DNA of 64,000 bases from an uncultured Trueperaceae bacterium (GCA_963727505.1 CAVSGP010000004.1:608001-672000), one strand, 5' to 3'. Positions 48,975 to 58,264 are shown, counted from the stretch's first letter. Numbers and translations are program-made. Notes: a model not told the origin generated them from the letters alone.

Positions 48975-49736
48975 GTGATCGTTGGCATCATCAGCGACGT
49001 CCACGCCAACGTCATCGCGTTGGAAGCGGTGCTCGAGCAGCTGAAGCTGCGTGGCGCGGAGACGGTCGTGTGCCTCGGCGATCTGGTCGGCTACGGCCCG
49101 GCGCCCAACGAGACCATCGACATGCTCCGGCGCGAGAGCGTGTTGTGCACGCTCGGCGCCGCCGACGAGCGCATCGCCTACGCGTTCGCACGCCGCAAGC
49201 TCCCCCGCCGCGGCGTCGCCGACGAGATCCTGGAGTGGACGCGCGAGGTCATCGAGCCGCGCCACGTCCACTTCCTGCAGACGCTCCCGGTCCAGCAACG
49301 CATCCACACGCCGGCCGGTCGCCTGCGGTTCTTCCACGGCAGCCCGGATGACCCCGCGGAGAAGCTCAACTTGAACCAGGATCCCATCTCGCTGTCGAAG
49401 TTGCTGCAGCGCCACCGCTGCTCCATCCTCGCCAGCGGGTCCACGCACGTGCCGTTCTACCGTAAGCTTCCCAACGGGCTGGTGATCAACCCCGGGTCCG
49501 TGGGGCTGTCGCTCAACGGGGAGCCCGGTGCGGACTACGCGCTGCTCACCATCACCGAGGAGTCCATCGCGGTGCACATGGACAAGGTGGAGTACGACTT
49601 CGCTGCGGTCGCGTTCGACATCGTGGCGTGGGGGCTGCCGTCGATGGTGGCGGAGGCGATCCAGATGGGTCGTCTGCCGGAGCCCATGAACGGCGAGGGC
49701 GAGGGGAACGGCGGCGCCGGCCCCTCCGGAAGCTGA
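48975..49736 (+). CDS. Metallophosphoesterase-family protein with degenerate motifs
   Basis: SDVHAN, GDLVGYG, HGSP and NPGSVG; GNHD replaced by GAAD and GHTH by GSTH. Confidence 0.82.
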   Translation: MIVGIISDVHANVIALEAVLEQLKLRGAETVVCLGDLVGYGPAPNETIDMLRRESVLCTLGAADERIAYAFARRKLPRRGVADEILEWTREVIEPRHVHFLQTLPVQQRIHTPAGRLRFFHGSPDDPAEKLNLNQDPISLSKLLQRHRCSILASGSTHVPFYRKLPNGLVINPGSVGLSLNGEPGADYALLTITEESIAVHMDKVEYDFAAVAFDIVAWGLPSMVAEAIQMGRLPEPMNGEGEGNGGAGPSGS

Positions 49737-49804
49737 GCGGGAGCCGGCCTGGCATCGTTCCGAACCCGTACGTCCCGCCCGAAACGGCCGCCGCGACGCC
49801 CCGG

Positions 49805-50980
49805 TCAGGCGGTCTCGATGCCCATCGCCAGCGCCTCGCCACCGCCGATGCAGATCGACGCCATGCCGCGCCGACCGCCGCGACGCTTCAACGCGCTCAG
49901 AAGCGTCACGAGGATGCGGGCGCCGGACGCGCCGATGGGATGGCCGAGCGCCACCGCTCCGCCGAGGACGTTGACGCGCTCCTCGTCCAGACCGAACTCC
50001 TGCATGGCCGCCATCGGCACCACGCTGAACGCCTCGTTGATCTCGTAGGCGTCGACGCTGTCCGGTGACCAGTCGAGGCGTGCGAAGAGCGTCTTCATCG
50101 CTTCGACCGGCGCCACGGTGAACCACTCCGGTGCGAGCGCGTGGCCGCTGTAGCCGCGGATGTGCGCCAGCACCGGCATGCCGCGCTCCTTGGCGACCTC
50201 CTCGCTGGTGATCACCAGCGCCGCGGCCCCGTCGTTGATGGTCGAGGCATTCGCCGCCGTGACGGTGCCGTCCTTCTCGAAGGCGGGCCGCAGGCCGGGC
50301 ACCTTGTCGAAGTCGACCTTGGTCGGCCCCTCGTCCTCGCTCACGGTGGTGACGGCGCCGCGGCGACCGGGCACATCGACGGGAACGATCTCGCCGGCGA
50401 AGGTGCCGTCCTGCATGGCCTGCTGTGCACGCCGGTAGGACCGCAACGCGTAGGCGTCCTGCTGCTCGCGGGTGAAGTGGTAGCGGCCGGCGCAGAGCTC
50501 GGCGCACGCGCCCATGTGCTGGTCGCTGTAGACGTCCCAGAGCCCATCGAACACCATCGAGTCGACCAGGGTCTGGTTCCCCATGCGCAGCCCTCCGCGG
50601 GCGCCGGGGAGCAGGTAAGGAGCGTTGGTCATCGACTCCATCCCGCCGGCCACCACCACCTCTACGTCCCCGACGGCCACGGCACGCGCGGCCTGGATGA
50701 CGGCCTCCAGGCCGCTGCCGCACATCTTGTTGAGGGTGACGGCCGGAGTGCGTTGTCCCAGGTCGGCGTAGAGGGCCGCCTGCCGGGCAGGCGCCTGCCC
50801 CATCCCTGCGGGCAGCACGTTACCCATCAGTACCAGGTCGACGGCGTCGGCTGCGACCCCCGCACGCTCCACCGCCGCCCGCACGGCCGCGGCCCCGAGC
50901 TGCGAAGCCTTGAGCGGCGACAGGGCGCCTTGGAAGGCGCCCACCGGCGTGCGCACGGCAGATGCGATGACGATTCCCAT
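49805..50980 (-). CDS. Acetyl-CoA C-acetyltransferase (thiolase)
   Basis: NKMCGSG, NEAF, GHPIGASG and CIGGG motifs. Confidence 0.95.
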   Translation of the reverse strand: MGIVIASAVRTPVGAFQGALSPLKASQLGAAAVRAAVERAGVAADAVDLVLMGNVLPAGMGQAPARQAALYADLGQRTPAVTLNKMCGSGLEAVIQAARAVAVGDVEVVVAGGMESMTNAPYLLPGARGGLRMGNQTLVDSMVFDGLWDVYSDQHMGACAELCAGRYHFTREQQDAYALRSYRRAQQAMQDGTFAGEIVPVDVPGRRGAVTTVSEDEGPTKVDFDKVPGLRPAFEKDGTVTAANASTINDGAAALVITSEEVAKERGMPVLAHIRGYSGHALAPEWFTVAPVEAMKTLFARLDWSPDSVDAYEINEAFSVVPMAAMQEFGLDEERVNVLGGAVALGHPIGASGARILVTLLSALKRRGGRRGMASICIGGGEALAMGIETA

Positions 50981-51131
50981 GGATGACCTCCAACGTCCGG
51001 CGCCGGCCGCCGCAGCGGGCCCGGCGCCGGGCTCGACCTTCAGTATAGGAAGGCCGGGCGGTGCGTCCGGGCTGTCGGCGCCACGTTCCCGACAACCGAC
51101 GGCGAGGCCCGCCACCGCAGCGGAAGCGACC

Positions 51132-52001
51132 TCAGCGGCGGAAGGTGACGGTCGCCCGCACCCCCTGCCAGGTGACGGTGATCGGCCGGTAGAGGTCGAA
51201 CCAGGGTGGGAGGAGCAGGACCGCGGCCGCCGGGGCATCGGGGCCGACACGCGTGCTCGAGCCCTGCACCATGCGCATGCGGTAGGGGTAGCGGATCGGC
51301 AGGCTACGGCCATCCTGCTCCAGCACGAAGGTCGCGTCCCACGTGCTCGGCGCCAGCGACGACACCAGCACCAGCAGGGGTTTGTCGCTCCCGATGCGCT
51401 CCAGAGCCCCGTCGATGGCGTCCCGCTGCGAAGGCCGCACCAGCGGCAGCAGATCGAGGTCGGCGACCAGGACCGCGACCCCGTCGCCCCCCGTGGCGTC
51501 CGCCGCGAACAGGCGAAGCCCCGGGACGCCGTGGCCGAGATCGTCGACCTCGCTGCGGCCGCCGCTCCCCGCCACCGCTGGCGACGGCACCGCCAGCGCC
51601 ACCGTGCGCCCGCCGGGGAGGACGAGGCGTTCTCCCTCCAGTCGGATGCCGAGCGTATCGAGCGCGTCCGTAGGCAGGTACCAGGTCCCGTCGCGAAGCA
51701 GCGCCGGGGCGGACAGGCTGAGGGTGCTGGAGCTCGTGGCGCCCGCGGCCTGCCACAGCGCGTCGGGCGACCCCGCGAAGACGGTGAGCGTGCCCGCCAC
51801 GGCGCGCCACGTCAGGCTGCCCTCGCCGGTCACCAGGATGTCTCCGAGGGCCCGCGCCACGGGCGCCGCCGGCGTGTAGAGCGTCCCCGCCACGCGGACG
51901 GCCGCCACAGGGTCGGCCGCCACGGGGTCGGCGCGCGCGACGCCGAGCGCCGCGCCGGCCACCAGCGCCAGAACGAGGAGAGCGAGCCGGGTCGGGCCCA
52001 C
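51132..52001 (-). CDS. Hypothetical exported protein
   Basis: Signal peptide (ARA-D); TAGGCT-N7-GTG. Confidence 0.6.
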   Translation of the reverse strand: MGPTRLALLVLALVAGAALGVARADPVAADPVAAVRVAGTLYTPAAPVARALGDILVTGEGSLTWRAVAGTLTVFAGSPDALWQAAGATSSSTLSLSAPALLRDGTWYLPTDALDTLGIRLEGERLVLPGGRTVALAVPSPAVAGSGGRSEVDDLGHGVPGLRLFAADATGGDGVAVLVADLDLLPLVRPSQRDAIDGALERIGSDKPLLVLVSSLAPSTWDATFVLEQDGRSLPIRYPYRMRMVQGSSTRVGPDAPAAAVLLLPPWFDLYRPITVTWQGVRATVTFRR

Positions 52002-52096
52002 GCCGCCGAGCCTAGCATGCGCCGACGGCGGCTCCGCGAGCGACCCGCGAGGACGCAACGCGCCGCCGACGGGGTCGTAGGGAGGCCGCACCAGGG

Positions 52097-52176
52097 GGGT
52101 CGCGCTGCGCGGGGTCGCACTCGCGGGTCGCGCTCGGGGGTCGCACTCGCGGGTCGCACTCGGGGGTCGCGCTCGC
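52097..52176. repeat. 13-bp tandem repeat gggtcgcRctcgS x5, plus one degenerate copy
   Basis: Units start at 52112, 52125, 52138, 52151 and 52164. Confidence 0.88.
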
Positions 52177-52215
52177 GGGAGGGGCGCGGGGACCGATGCG
52201 CCAGAACCGATGCGC

Positions 52216-52447
52216 TAGAATGGACGCAGTGAGCACGGTACGAACCTCACCGGGCGCGGGCGGCGGTCTCCTCTGAGACCCGGCACGGTCACCTTGCTTT
52301 GGTCCCCCTTCGACAATCCTTGCCGGCCGGGCTCCGGCCGATCCTCGCCCGCCCTTGGCGGCGGCGAGCGGGCTCGTTCGCCGGAGCGCGCCTCACGCCA
52401 CGCCACCGAAGGCCCTAGGAACGCCCTCTCGGAAAGGAGCAGCCGCT
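52216..52447 (+). promoter_or_regulatory. hflX promoter (TAGAAT) and structured 5' leader with a candidate uORF at 52229-52276
   Basis: Several perfect or near-perfect hairpins with mutually exclusive pairings. Confidence 0.55.
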
Positions 52448-54151
52448 ATCGACAAGGTCCACGGTAAGCTCTCCGGCCTGAAGGTCGGACAGATCAAACG
52501 CCTGGGGAACCTGTACCGGCGTCGCGTCCCGCCCGACGCAGCCGTCACCAACGACCTGGCACGCGCGCTGACCGCGCTCAGCGCCGACATCGGCCGTCAG
52601 GTGAGCGTGTTGGTGGACCGGCGCGGGCGGGTGGTGACGGTGGCTGCCGGGGATGCGATCGACACACCCCTGCCTCCGCCCTCGGGGGAGGTCACGTCGC
52701 GCCTGTACGGGCTTCGACTCATCCACACCCACCTCAAGCCCGTCGGGCTCAGCGGCGACGACCTGACCACGCTCTTCCTGAACCGGCTGGACGCCGTGAT
52801 GGCGATCGAGGCGAAGAGCGACGGCCTGCCGGGGATTGCCCACATGGCGCAGGTGGCGCCCCCGACCAGCGAGCACGAGGACTGGATCCTCGACCCGCCC
52901 ATGACCGTCCCCGAGCTCGAGCGCATCGACTTCACCGAGCGTCTGCACGCTCTCGAGGAGGAGATGGCGCGACAGGTGCAGGCCCGCGAGGTCGCGCGCA
53001 GCAGTGCCGAACGTGCCGTGCTGGTGGGCCTGGAATCGGGCGAGGGCCTCATCGAGGCCGAGTCGCGCCTGGAGGAGCTGGCGGAGCTGGTTAGCAGCGC
53101 GGGCGGAACGGTGGCCTGGAGCAGCCTGCAGCAACGGAGCCACGCCGACCAGAAGACGCTGGTCGGCCGCGGCAAGCTCCATGAGCTGGTCTCCAAGGCC
53201 TACCACGAGGACGCCGACCTTATGGTCTTCGATCGCGAGCTCTCCCCTGCCCAGGCCCGTGAGATCGAGGGGCTCACCCACCTGAAGGTGTTGGATCGCA
53301 CCCAGGTGATCCTCGACATCTTCGCGCAGAACGCACGGGGCCGCGAGGCGCAGGTACAGGTCGAACTGGCGCAGCTCCAGTACCAGCTCCCGCGGCTCGC
53401 CGGTCGCGGCCGCACCATGAGCCGGCTCGGCGGTGGGATCGGCACGCGGGGCCCCGGCGAGACCAAGCTCGAGGTCGACCGGCGGCGCATCCGCGACCGC
53501 ATCGTCAGCCTCGAGAGCGCCGTCGACGAGATCAGCCAGCGCCGCACCGAGACGCGCAAGAGCCGCACCGAGGCCAGCACCCCGGTCGTCGCGCTGGTCG
53601 GGTACACCAACGCCGGCAAGTCGACGCTGTTCAACGCCCTGGCCAAGTCCGACGCCATCAGTCGCAACCGGCTCTTCGCCACCCTGCGGCCGACGACGCG
53701 CGAAGGCTGGCTCCCGGCACTCGGCGAGTGGGGCGGCAAGGTGCTCTACACCGACACGGTGGGGTTCATCCGCGATCTGCCCGAGGAACTGGTCAATGCC
53801 TTCCGGGCCACGCTGGAGGAGCTGCACGACGCTGATCTATTGCTGCACGTCGTCGACGCCGCATCACCCGGAGCGCCGGAGCGAGTGGACGCAGTCCAGC
53901 GCATCCTCGACGAGCTCGGGCTGAAGCCCCCTCGCCGCGTGGTGCTGAACAAGACCGATGCGGCGGATGCGGAGGTCTTGACGGGCCTGTTGCAACGCTT
54001 CGACGCCACCGGCGTCTCGGCGCGGACGGGCGAGGGGCTCGACGCGCTGAAGGCGTCCCTGGCGCGCGCGCTCGAGGGCGCACGTCACGTGCCGCTGCCC
54101 GACGACCCGGCGCAGGCCTACGGTTGGGCGTCGGCCCGCAACGGCGACTGA
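52448..54151 (+). CDS. hflX: GTPase HflX (long form), probable ATC start
   Basis: GYTNAGKST, LFATL, DTVGFI, NKTD and GPGETKLEVDRR; AAAGGAG RBS 8 nt before ATC. Confidence 0.93.
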   Translation: MDKVHGKLSGLKVGQIKRLGNLYRRRVPPDAAVTNDLARALTALSADIGRQVSVLVDRRGRVVTVAAGDAIDTPLPPPSGEVTSRLYGLRLIHTHLKPVGLSGDDLTTLFLNRLDAVMAIEAKSDGLPGIAHMAQVAPPTSEHEDWILDPPMTVPELERIDFTERLHALEEEMARQVQAREVARSSAERAVLVGLESGEGLIEAESRLEELAELVSSAGGTVAWSSLQQRSHADQKTLVGRGKLHELVSKAYHEDADLMVFDRELSPAQAREIEGLTHLKVLDRTQVILDIFAQNARGREAQVQVELAQLQYQLPRLAGRGRTMSRLGGGIGTRGPGETKLEVDRRRIRDRIVSLESAVDEISQRRTETRKSRTEASTPVVALVGYTNAGKSTLFNALAKSDAISRNRLFATLRPTTREGWLPALGEWGGKVLYTDTVGFIRDLPEELVNAFRATLEELHDADLLLHVVDAASPGAPERVDAVQRILDELGLKPPRRVVLNKTDAADAEVLTGLLQRFDATGVSARTGEGLDALKASLARALEGARHVPLPDDPAQAYGWASARNGD

Positions 54152-54219
54152 CCGCCGGTAGCTGGGTGCGGCGGCGTACGTGAAGCGCTGCGCCGTGCGG
54201 CCGGCGGTACCATGGCCCC

Positions 54220-56106
54220 ATGGATGACGGCGACCTCCACGACCTTCAAGGGTTGAAGGACCTGCGTGGCTTCCTGGCATTCCTTGAACGCCGCGGCGAG
54301 TTGGTGCGCGTCCGCGAGAGCGTGTCCGCCGCCTTCGAGATCACCGAGATCGCCGACCGCGTCGTGAAGCGCGGAGGACCTGCCCTGCTGTTCGAGAACG
54401 TCGAGGGCAAGGACATTCCGGTCGCCATCAACCTATTCGGCACCCGCCAGCGCACCGCCTGGGCGCTGGGCGTGGCGTCGCTCGACGCCATCGCCGACCG
54501 CATCCGCGGCCTGCTCGACGTACGCCTGGGCGGTGGCCTGCTCGGGCTCATGTCGAACCTGCCCAAGCTGCGCGAGGTCGCGTCGCTCCCCGCCAAACGA
54601 GTGCGCAACGCGCCCGTGCATCAGGTGGTGTGGCAAGGCGATGAGGTGGACCTGGCGCGTCTGCCGGTGTTGACCTGCTGGCCCAACGACGGCGGCCCCT
54701 TCGTGACACTCCCGCTGGTGGTGACGCGCGATCCCCTGCGAGGCGACGTGAACGTGGGCATGTACCGGATGCAGGTCTTCGACCGGGCCACCACCGGCAT
54801 GCACTGGCAGCGTCACAAGACCGGCGCGCGCCACCTCGAGAGCGCCCGCCAGGCGGGCGAGCGGCTCGAGGTGGCGGTGGCGCTGGGGGGAGATCCGGCG
54901 CTCACCTATGCCGCCACGGCGCCGCTCCCAACGCTTCCCGGGCTCAACGAGTACGCACTCACCGGCTTCCTGCGGGGGCGTTCGCTCGAAGTGACGCCGG
55001 GTCTCACGGTCGATCTCGACGTACCCGCCCACGCCGAGTTCGTGATCGAGGGCTACGTGGACCCCGAGGAGCCCTGGCGGCCCGAAGGTCCCTTCGGCGA
55101 CCACACCGGCTTCTACACCTTGACCGACCTCTACCCGGCGTTTCACGTCACCGCCATCACGATGCGCCGCGATCCCATCTATCCGGCCACCATCGTGGGT
55201 CGCCCCCCCATGGAGGACGCCTACCTGATCGAGGCCAGCGAACGCATCTTCCTGGTGCCCGCCCAGGTGGTGATGCCCGAGCTCGTCGACTACCACATGC
55301 CGCCGGCCGGCATCGCGCACAACCTGGTGAACGTCCGCATCGACAAGCGCTACCCGGGGCAGGCCTACAAGGTGGCGAACGGCCTGCTGGGCCTCGGGCA
55401 GATGATGTTCGCCAAGGTCCTGCTGGTTTCGGACGACGACGTGGCCGTCACCGACACGCTGGCGTTCTGGCGCGCGGTGCTGGCGCGAGCGCTGCCCGGC
55501 CGGGACGAACAGTTCGCGCGTGGCCCGATCGACGTGCTGGACCACTCCAGCCGCTCCTGGAGCTTCGGCTCCAAACTGGTCATCGACGGCACGCGCAAGC
55601 ATCCGGAGGAAGGCGACGAGGTGGCCTGGACCCCGAACGAGGAGCGGCCGGCGAGCGCGCTGCCGCACCACGCCGAGATCGCGGGGCAGCACCAGCTCGC
55701 GGGGGGGTTCTGGTTCATCACCACCCGCAAGACCCGGGCCGACCAGGGGCGCCACCTGGGCGAGTGGGCTGCGCGCCAGCCGGCCTGCCGCGGCGTGCGG
55801 TTGATCGCCGTGCTCGACGACGAGACCGATCCCGCCGATTTCGACGACTGCATCTGGACGCTCCTGAACAACATCGATCCCGAGCGCGACGTGCAGGTGG
55901 TGGACAGCTTCGCGGGCGTGCCGGTGTACGTCATGGACGGCACACCCAAGCTCGCCGAGGAGGGATTCACGCGGCCCTGGCCCCAGAAGATCCGCATGTC
56001 CGACGACGTCAAGCGGCGCGTCGGCCCCATCGTGGATCGGCTCGATCTTCCCGCCGAACCCGCTCCGGGCGACGAGCGGGACGCCGCGCTCGAGCGCGAG
56101 GCCTGA
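54220..56106 (+). CDS. UbiD-family decarboxylase (menaquinone/futalosine-pathway type)
   Basis: EITEIADR, GMYRMQ, EGPFGDHTGFY and GRPPMED motifs. Confidence 0.88.
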   Translation: MDDGDLHDLQGLKDLRGFLAFLERRGELVRVRESVSAAFEITEIADRVVKRGGPALLFENVEGKDIPVAINLFGTRQRTAWALGVASLDAIADRIRGLLDVRLGGGLLGLMSNLPKLREVASLPAKRVRNAPVHQVVWQGDEVDLARLPVLTCWPNDGGPFVTLPLVVTRDPLRGDVNVGMYRMQVFDRATTGMHWQRHKTGARHLESARQAGERLEVAVALGGDPALTYAATAPLPTLPGLNEYALTGFLRGRSLEVTPGLTVDLDVPAHAEFVIEGYVDPEEPWRPEGPFGDHTGFYTLTDLYPAFHVTAITMRRDPIYPATIVGRPPMEDAYLIEASERIFLVPAQVVMPELVDYHMPPAGIAHNLVNVRIDKRYPGQAYKVANGLLGLGQMMFAKVLLVSDDDVAVTDTLAFWRAVLARALPGRDEQFARGPIDVLDHSSRSWSFGSKLVIDGTRKHPEEGDEVAWTPNEERPASALPHHAEIAGQHQLAGGFWFITTRKTRADQGRHLGEWAARQPACRGVRLIAVLDDETDPADFDDCIWTLLNNIDPERDVQVVDSFAGVPVYVMDGTPKLAEEGFTRPWPQKIRMSDDVKRRVGPIVDRLDLPAEPAPGDERDAALEREA

Positions 56107-56136
56107 GCTTCCGGTGGGACGCCGCGCCGCCGGCGA

Positions 56137-56988
56137 TCAGCGCCGCGCCGCCACCGCGGCGACGAGGAAGAGCGCAGCCTGCACGAGCACGATGGTCGAC
56201 CCGCTGGGCACGTCGACCAGGTAGGAGAGCGCCAGCCCCACGACGGTGCTGAGCACCGCCAGCAGCACACTCAGTACGGTCATCTGCGCCAGCGACCGCG
56301 CCAGGAGCCGAGCGCTCGCCGCCGGGATCACCAGGTAGGCCGCCATCAGGATGATGCCGACCACCACGGAGCTGACCGCGATCACCAGGGCGGCGCACGC
56401 GAACAGCAGGTACTCCAGCAGGCGGGTCGGCACCCCATCGGTGCGCGCCAGCTCGTCGTCGAAGGTGGCGTACCCCAGACGCCCCCAGAGCCCCAGCAGG
56501 AACGTCACTGCCAGCGCAGCCACCACCGCGATGGCGACCAGGTCGGGGCGGGTGACGGCCAGGATGGAGCCGAACAGCAGGTCCATCAGGGACAGCCCGA
56601 GGTTGACGTCGGGCGGGATGATCGAGAAGAAGAGCACGCCGAGCGCCACCGACACGGCGAAGAACACGCCGATGGCGGTGTCGCTGCTGAGCTGGGTGTG
56701 TTCCCGCACCCAGGCGATCGCCAGCGCGGCGAGCAGGCTGAACGGCGCCGCGATCCACAGCGGGTGTTGCAGTAGGCCCACGCCGCTCGCCAGGAGGCCG
56801 CTGGAGACGATGACGAAGGCGCCCAGGCCCATGCCCCCGAAGGCGGCGTGCGCCAGCCCAGCCCCCAGGAACGACAGTCGCCTCTGGACAACGAACACGC
56901 CGAGAAGTCCGGCCATCACGGCGATCAACACGCCCGCCGCCAGCGCCCGCTGCATGAAGGCGAGGTGCAGGGCGTCCGTGAGGCTCAC
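56137..56988 (-). CDS. Metal (Zn/Mn) ABC transporter permease
   Basis: FMQRAL, L.HAAFGG, LFGSIL and VPSG motifs (ZnuB-like). Confidence 0.9.
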   Translation of the reverse strand: MSLTDALHLAFMQRALAAGVLIAVMAGLLGVFVVQRRLSFLGAGLAHAAFGGMGLGAFVIVSSGLLASGVGLLQHPLWIAAPFSLLAALAIAWVREHTQLSSDTAIGVFFAVSVALGVLFFSIIPPDVNLGLSLMDLLFGSILAVTRPDLVAIAVVAALAVTFLLGLWGRLGYATFDDELARTDGVPTRLLEYLLFACAALVIAVSSVVVGIILMAAYLVIPAASARLLARSLAQMTVLSVLLAVLSTVVGLALSYLVDVPSGSTIVLVQAALFLVAAVAARR

Positions 56989-57030
56989 GGTTCGCCCTCC
57001 CCGTCGCGCCGGGGGTCGGGGGGCCTGGGA

Positions 57031-57795
57031 TCAGAACGCCAAGGCATGGTGGTGTCCAAGGTGACCGAAGGCGCGCTCCAGGCACGATTCGCACAGCACT
57101 TCGTCGGGGGTGCCGAAGCCGTGGACCTGGCGGTTGAGCACCAGCACCCGGTCGGCGTGGTAACGCGCGGCCGCCAGGTCATGGGTCACCATCACCACGG
57201 TGGCGCCGGTATCGCGCTGGTAGACCTCCAGCAGGTCGTAGAGGTCGTGCTCGGCCAGGAAGTCGACCCCCGTCGCGGGCTCGTCGAGCAACACCAGGTC
57301 GGGCCTGCGGGCGAGCGCCCGGGCCAGATAGACGCGCTGCAGCTCCCCGCCGGACAAGCGGGCGAGTTGCCGCCGCTCCAGGTGCTCTGCCCCCACCCGT
57401 GCCAGGGCCGCGCGCGCCTGCTCGCGCTCGGCCGCGGCGATGCGGACGGGCCAGCGACGTCGCAGACCGGTGGCCACCAGCTCGAGCGCGATGGCCGGGA
57501 AGGTGCGGTCGAAGGTCTTGAGCTGGGGTACGTACCCGATGCGCTCGGGTCCGGCGCCCGCGTCCAAGCCGAAGAGCGCGGCGTGACCGCTCTGCGGCAC
57601 CACCAGCCCGAGGGCGACCTTCACCAGCGTCGACTTGCCGGCGCCGTTGGGGCCTACCACCGCCAGGAAGCACCCGGGGGCCAGCTCGAAACTGACGTCC
57701 TGCAGCACTGTCGCCTCCCCCAACCGGACGGTCACGCGGTGCATGTGCAGTGCGGAGGGTGCCGCTCCGGGCGCTCCGGGCGCTCCGCCGGTCAC
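57031..57795 (-). CDS. Metal (Zn/Mn) ABC transporter ATPase
   Basis: GPNGAGKST, GYVPQ, LSGGELQR and LDEP motifs; His-rich C-terminus. Confidence 0.9.
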   Translation of the reverse strand: MTGGAPGAPGAAPSALHMHRVTVRLGEATVLQDVSFELAPGCFLAVVGPNGAGKSTLVKVALGLVVPQSGHAALFGLDAGAGPERIGYVPQLKTFDRTFPAIALELVATGLRRRWPVRIAAAEREQARAALARVGAEHLERRQLARLSGGELQRVYLARALARRPDLVLLDEPATGVDFLAEHDLYDLLEVYQRDTGATVVMVTHDLAAARYHADRVLVLNRQVHGFGTPDEVLCESCLERAFGHLGHHHALAF

Positions 57796-57849
57796 CGCTT
57801 CCGCTCCCAGCGCTGCTCCGACGAGCACGTACCGTCGCGCGAGGCAAGG

Positions 57850-57871
57850 AAACGAGAATACGTTCTCATTA
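57850..57871 (-). promoter_or_regulatory. Candidate Fur/Zur-family operator at the transcription start
   Basis: AT-rich palindrome TAATGAGAA-cgta-TTCTCGTTT, 7 nt downstream of a TACAGT -10 box. Confidence 0.6.
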
Positions 57872-57948
57872 GGGCTCCACTGTACTCGCGCGCGCCCGCA
57901 CTGCCAAGCCCCCGCGACACCGGGCACCGTCCCAGGCCCCCAGCACGA

Positions 57949-57984
57949 CGGCGGCCGCCCGGGTAGCTACCCGGGCGGCCGCCG
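57949..57984. terminator. Perfect 36-bp palindrome downstream of rpmB
   Basis: cggcggccgcccgggtag / ctacccgggcggccgccg. Confidence 0.6.
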
Positions 57985-58018
57985 CTCGCAACGCCGTGCG
58001 AGGCGTCGAAGGCTTGCG

Positions 58019-58264
58019 TCAGAGCTTGTTGGGGTTCACGAACAGGGTGGGATCGAGCTGCCGAAGGGCCTTCGCGCTGATCCAGACCTTCTGGGGCTTG
58101 CCGTCGACCCACAGGGTCTTCTTCTGCAGGTTGGGCTTCACCTGGCGCTTGTGCACACCCACCTGCTTCACGCCAACGCCGCCCCGCTTCTTGGGCGAGC
58201 CCTTGCGCTTGCTGGTGGTGGTGCTGTGCGTCTTCTTCCCGGTAATGGCACACACACGCGGCAT
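58019..58264 (-). CDS. rpmB: 50S ribosomal protein L28
   Basis: MPRVCAITGK, GGVG, KR..KPNLQ and V.ISAKALR. Confidence 0.9.
   Translation of the reverse strand: MPRVCAITGKKTHSTTTSKRKGSPKKRGGVGVKQVGVHKRQVKPNLQKKTLWVDGKPQKVWISAKALRQLDPTLFVNPNKL

Noticed and set aside
52097..52176. Possible CRISPR array
   Set aside because: Contiguous 13-bp units with no spacers, and no cas genes
56985..57182. Alternative-frame ORF suggesting a frameshift at the end of the metal ABC ATPase
   Set aside because: The ATPase ends naturally with a His-rich tail at 57031
58019..58264. L28 as a zinc-starvation (Cys-minus) paralogue in the Zur regulon
   Set aside because: Single-Cys L28 is, from memory, the normal form in this phylum; the candidate operator lies downstream of rpmB, not upstream
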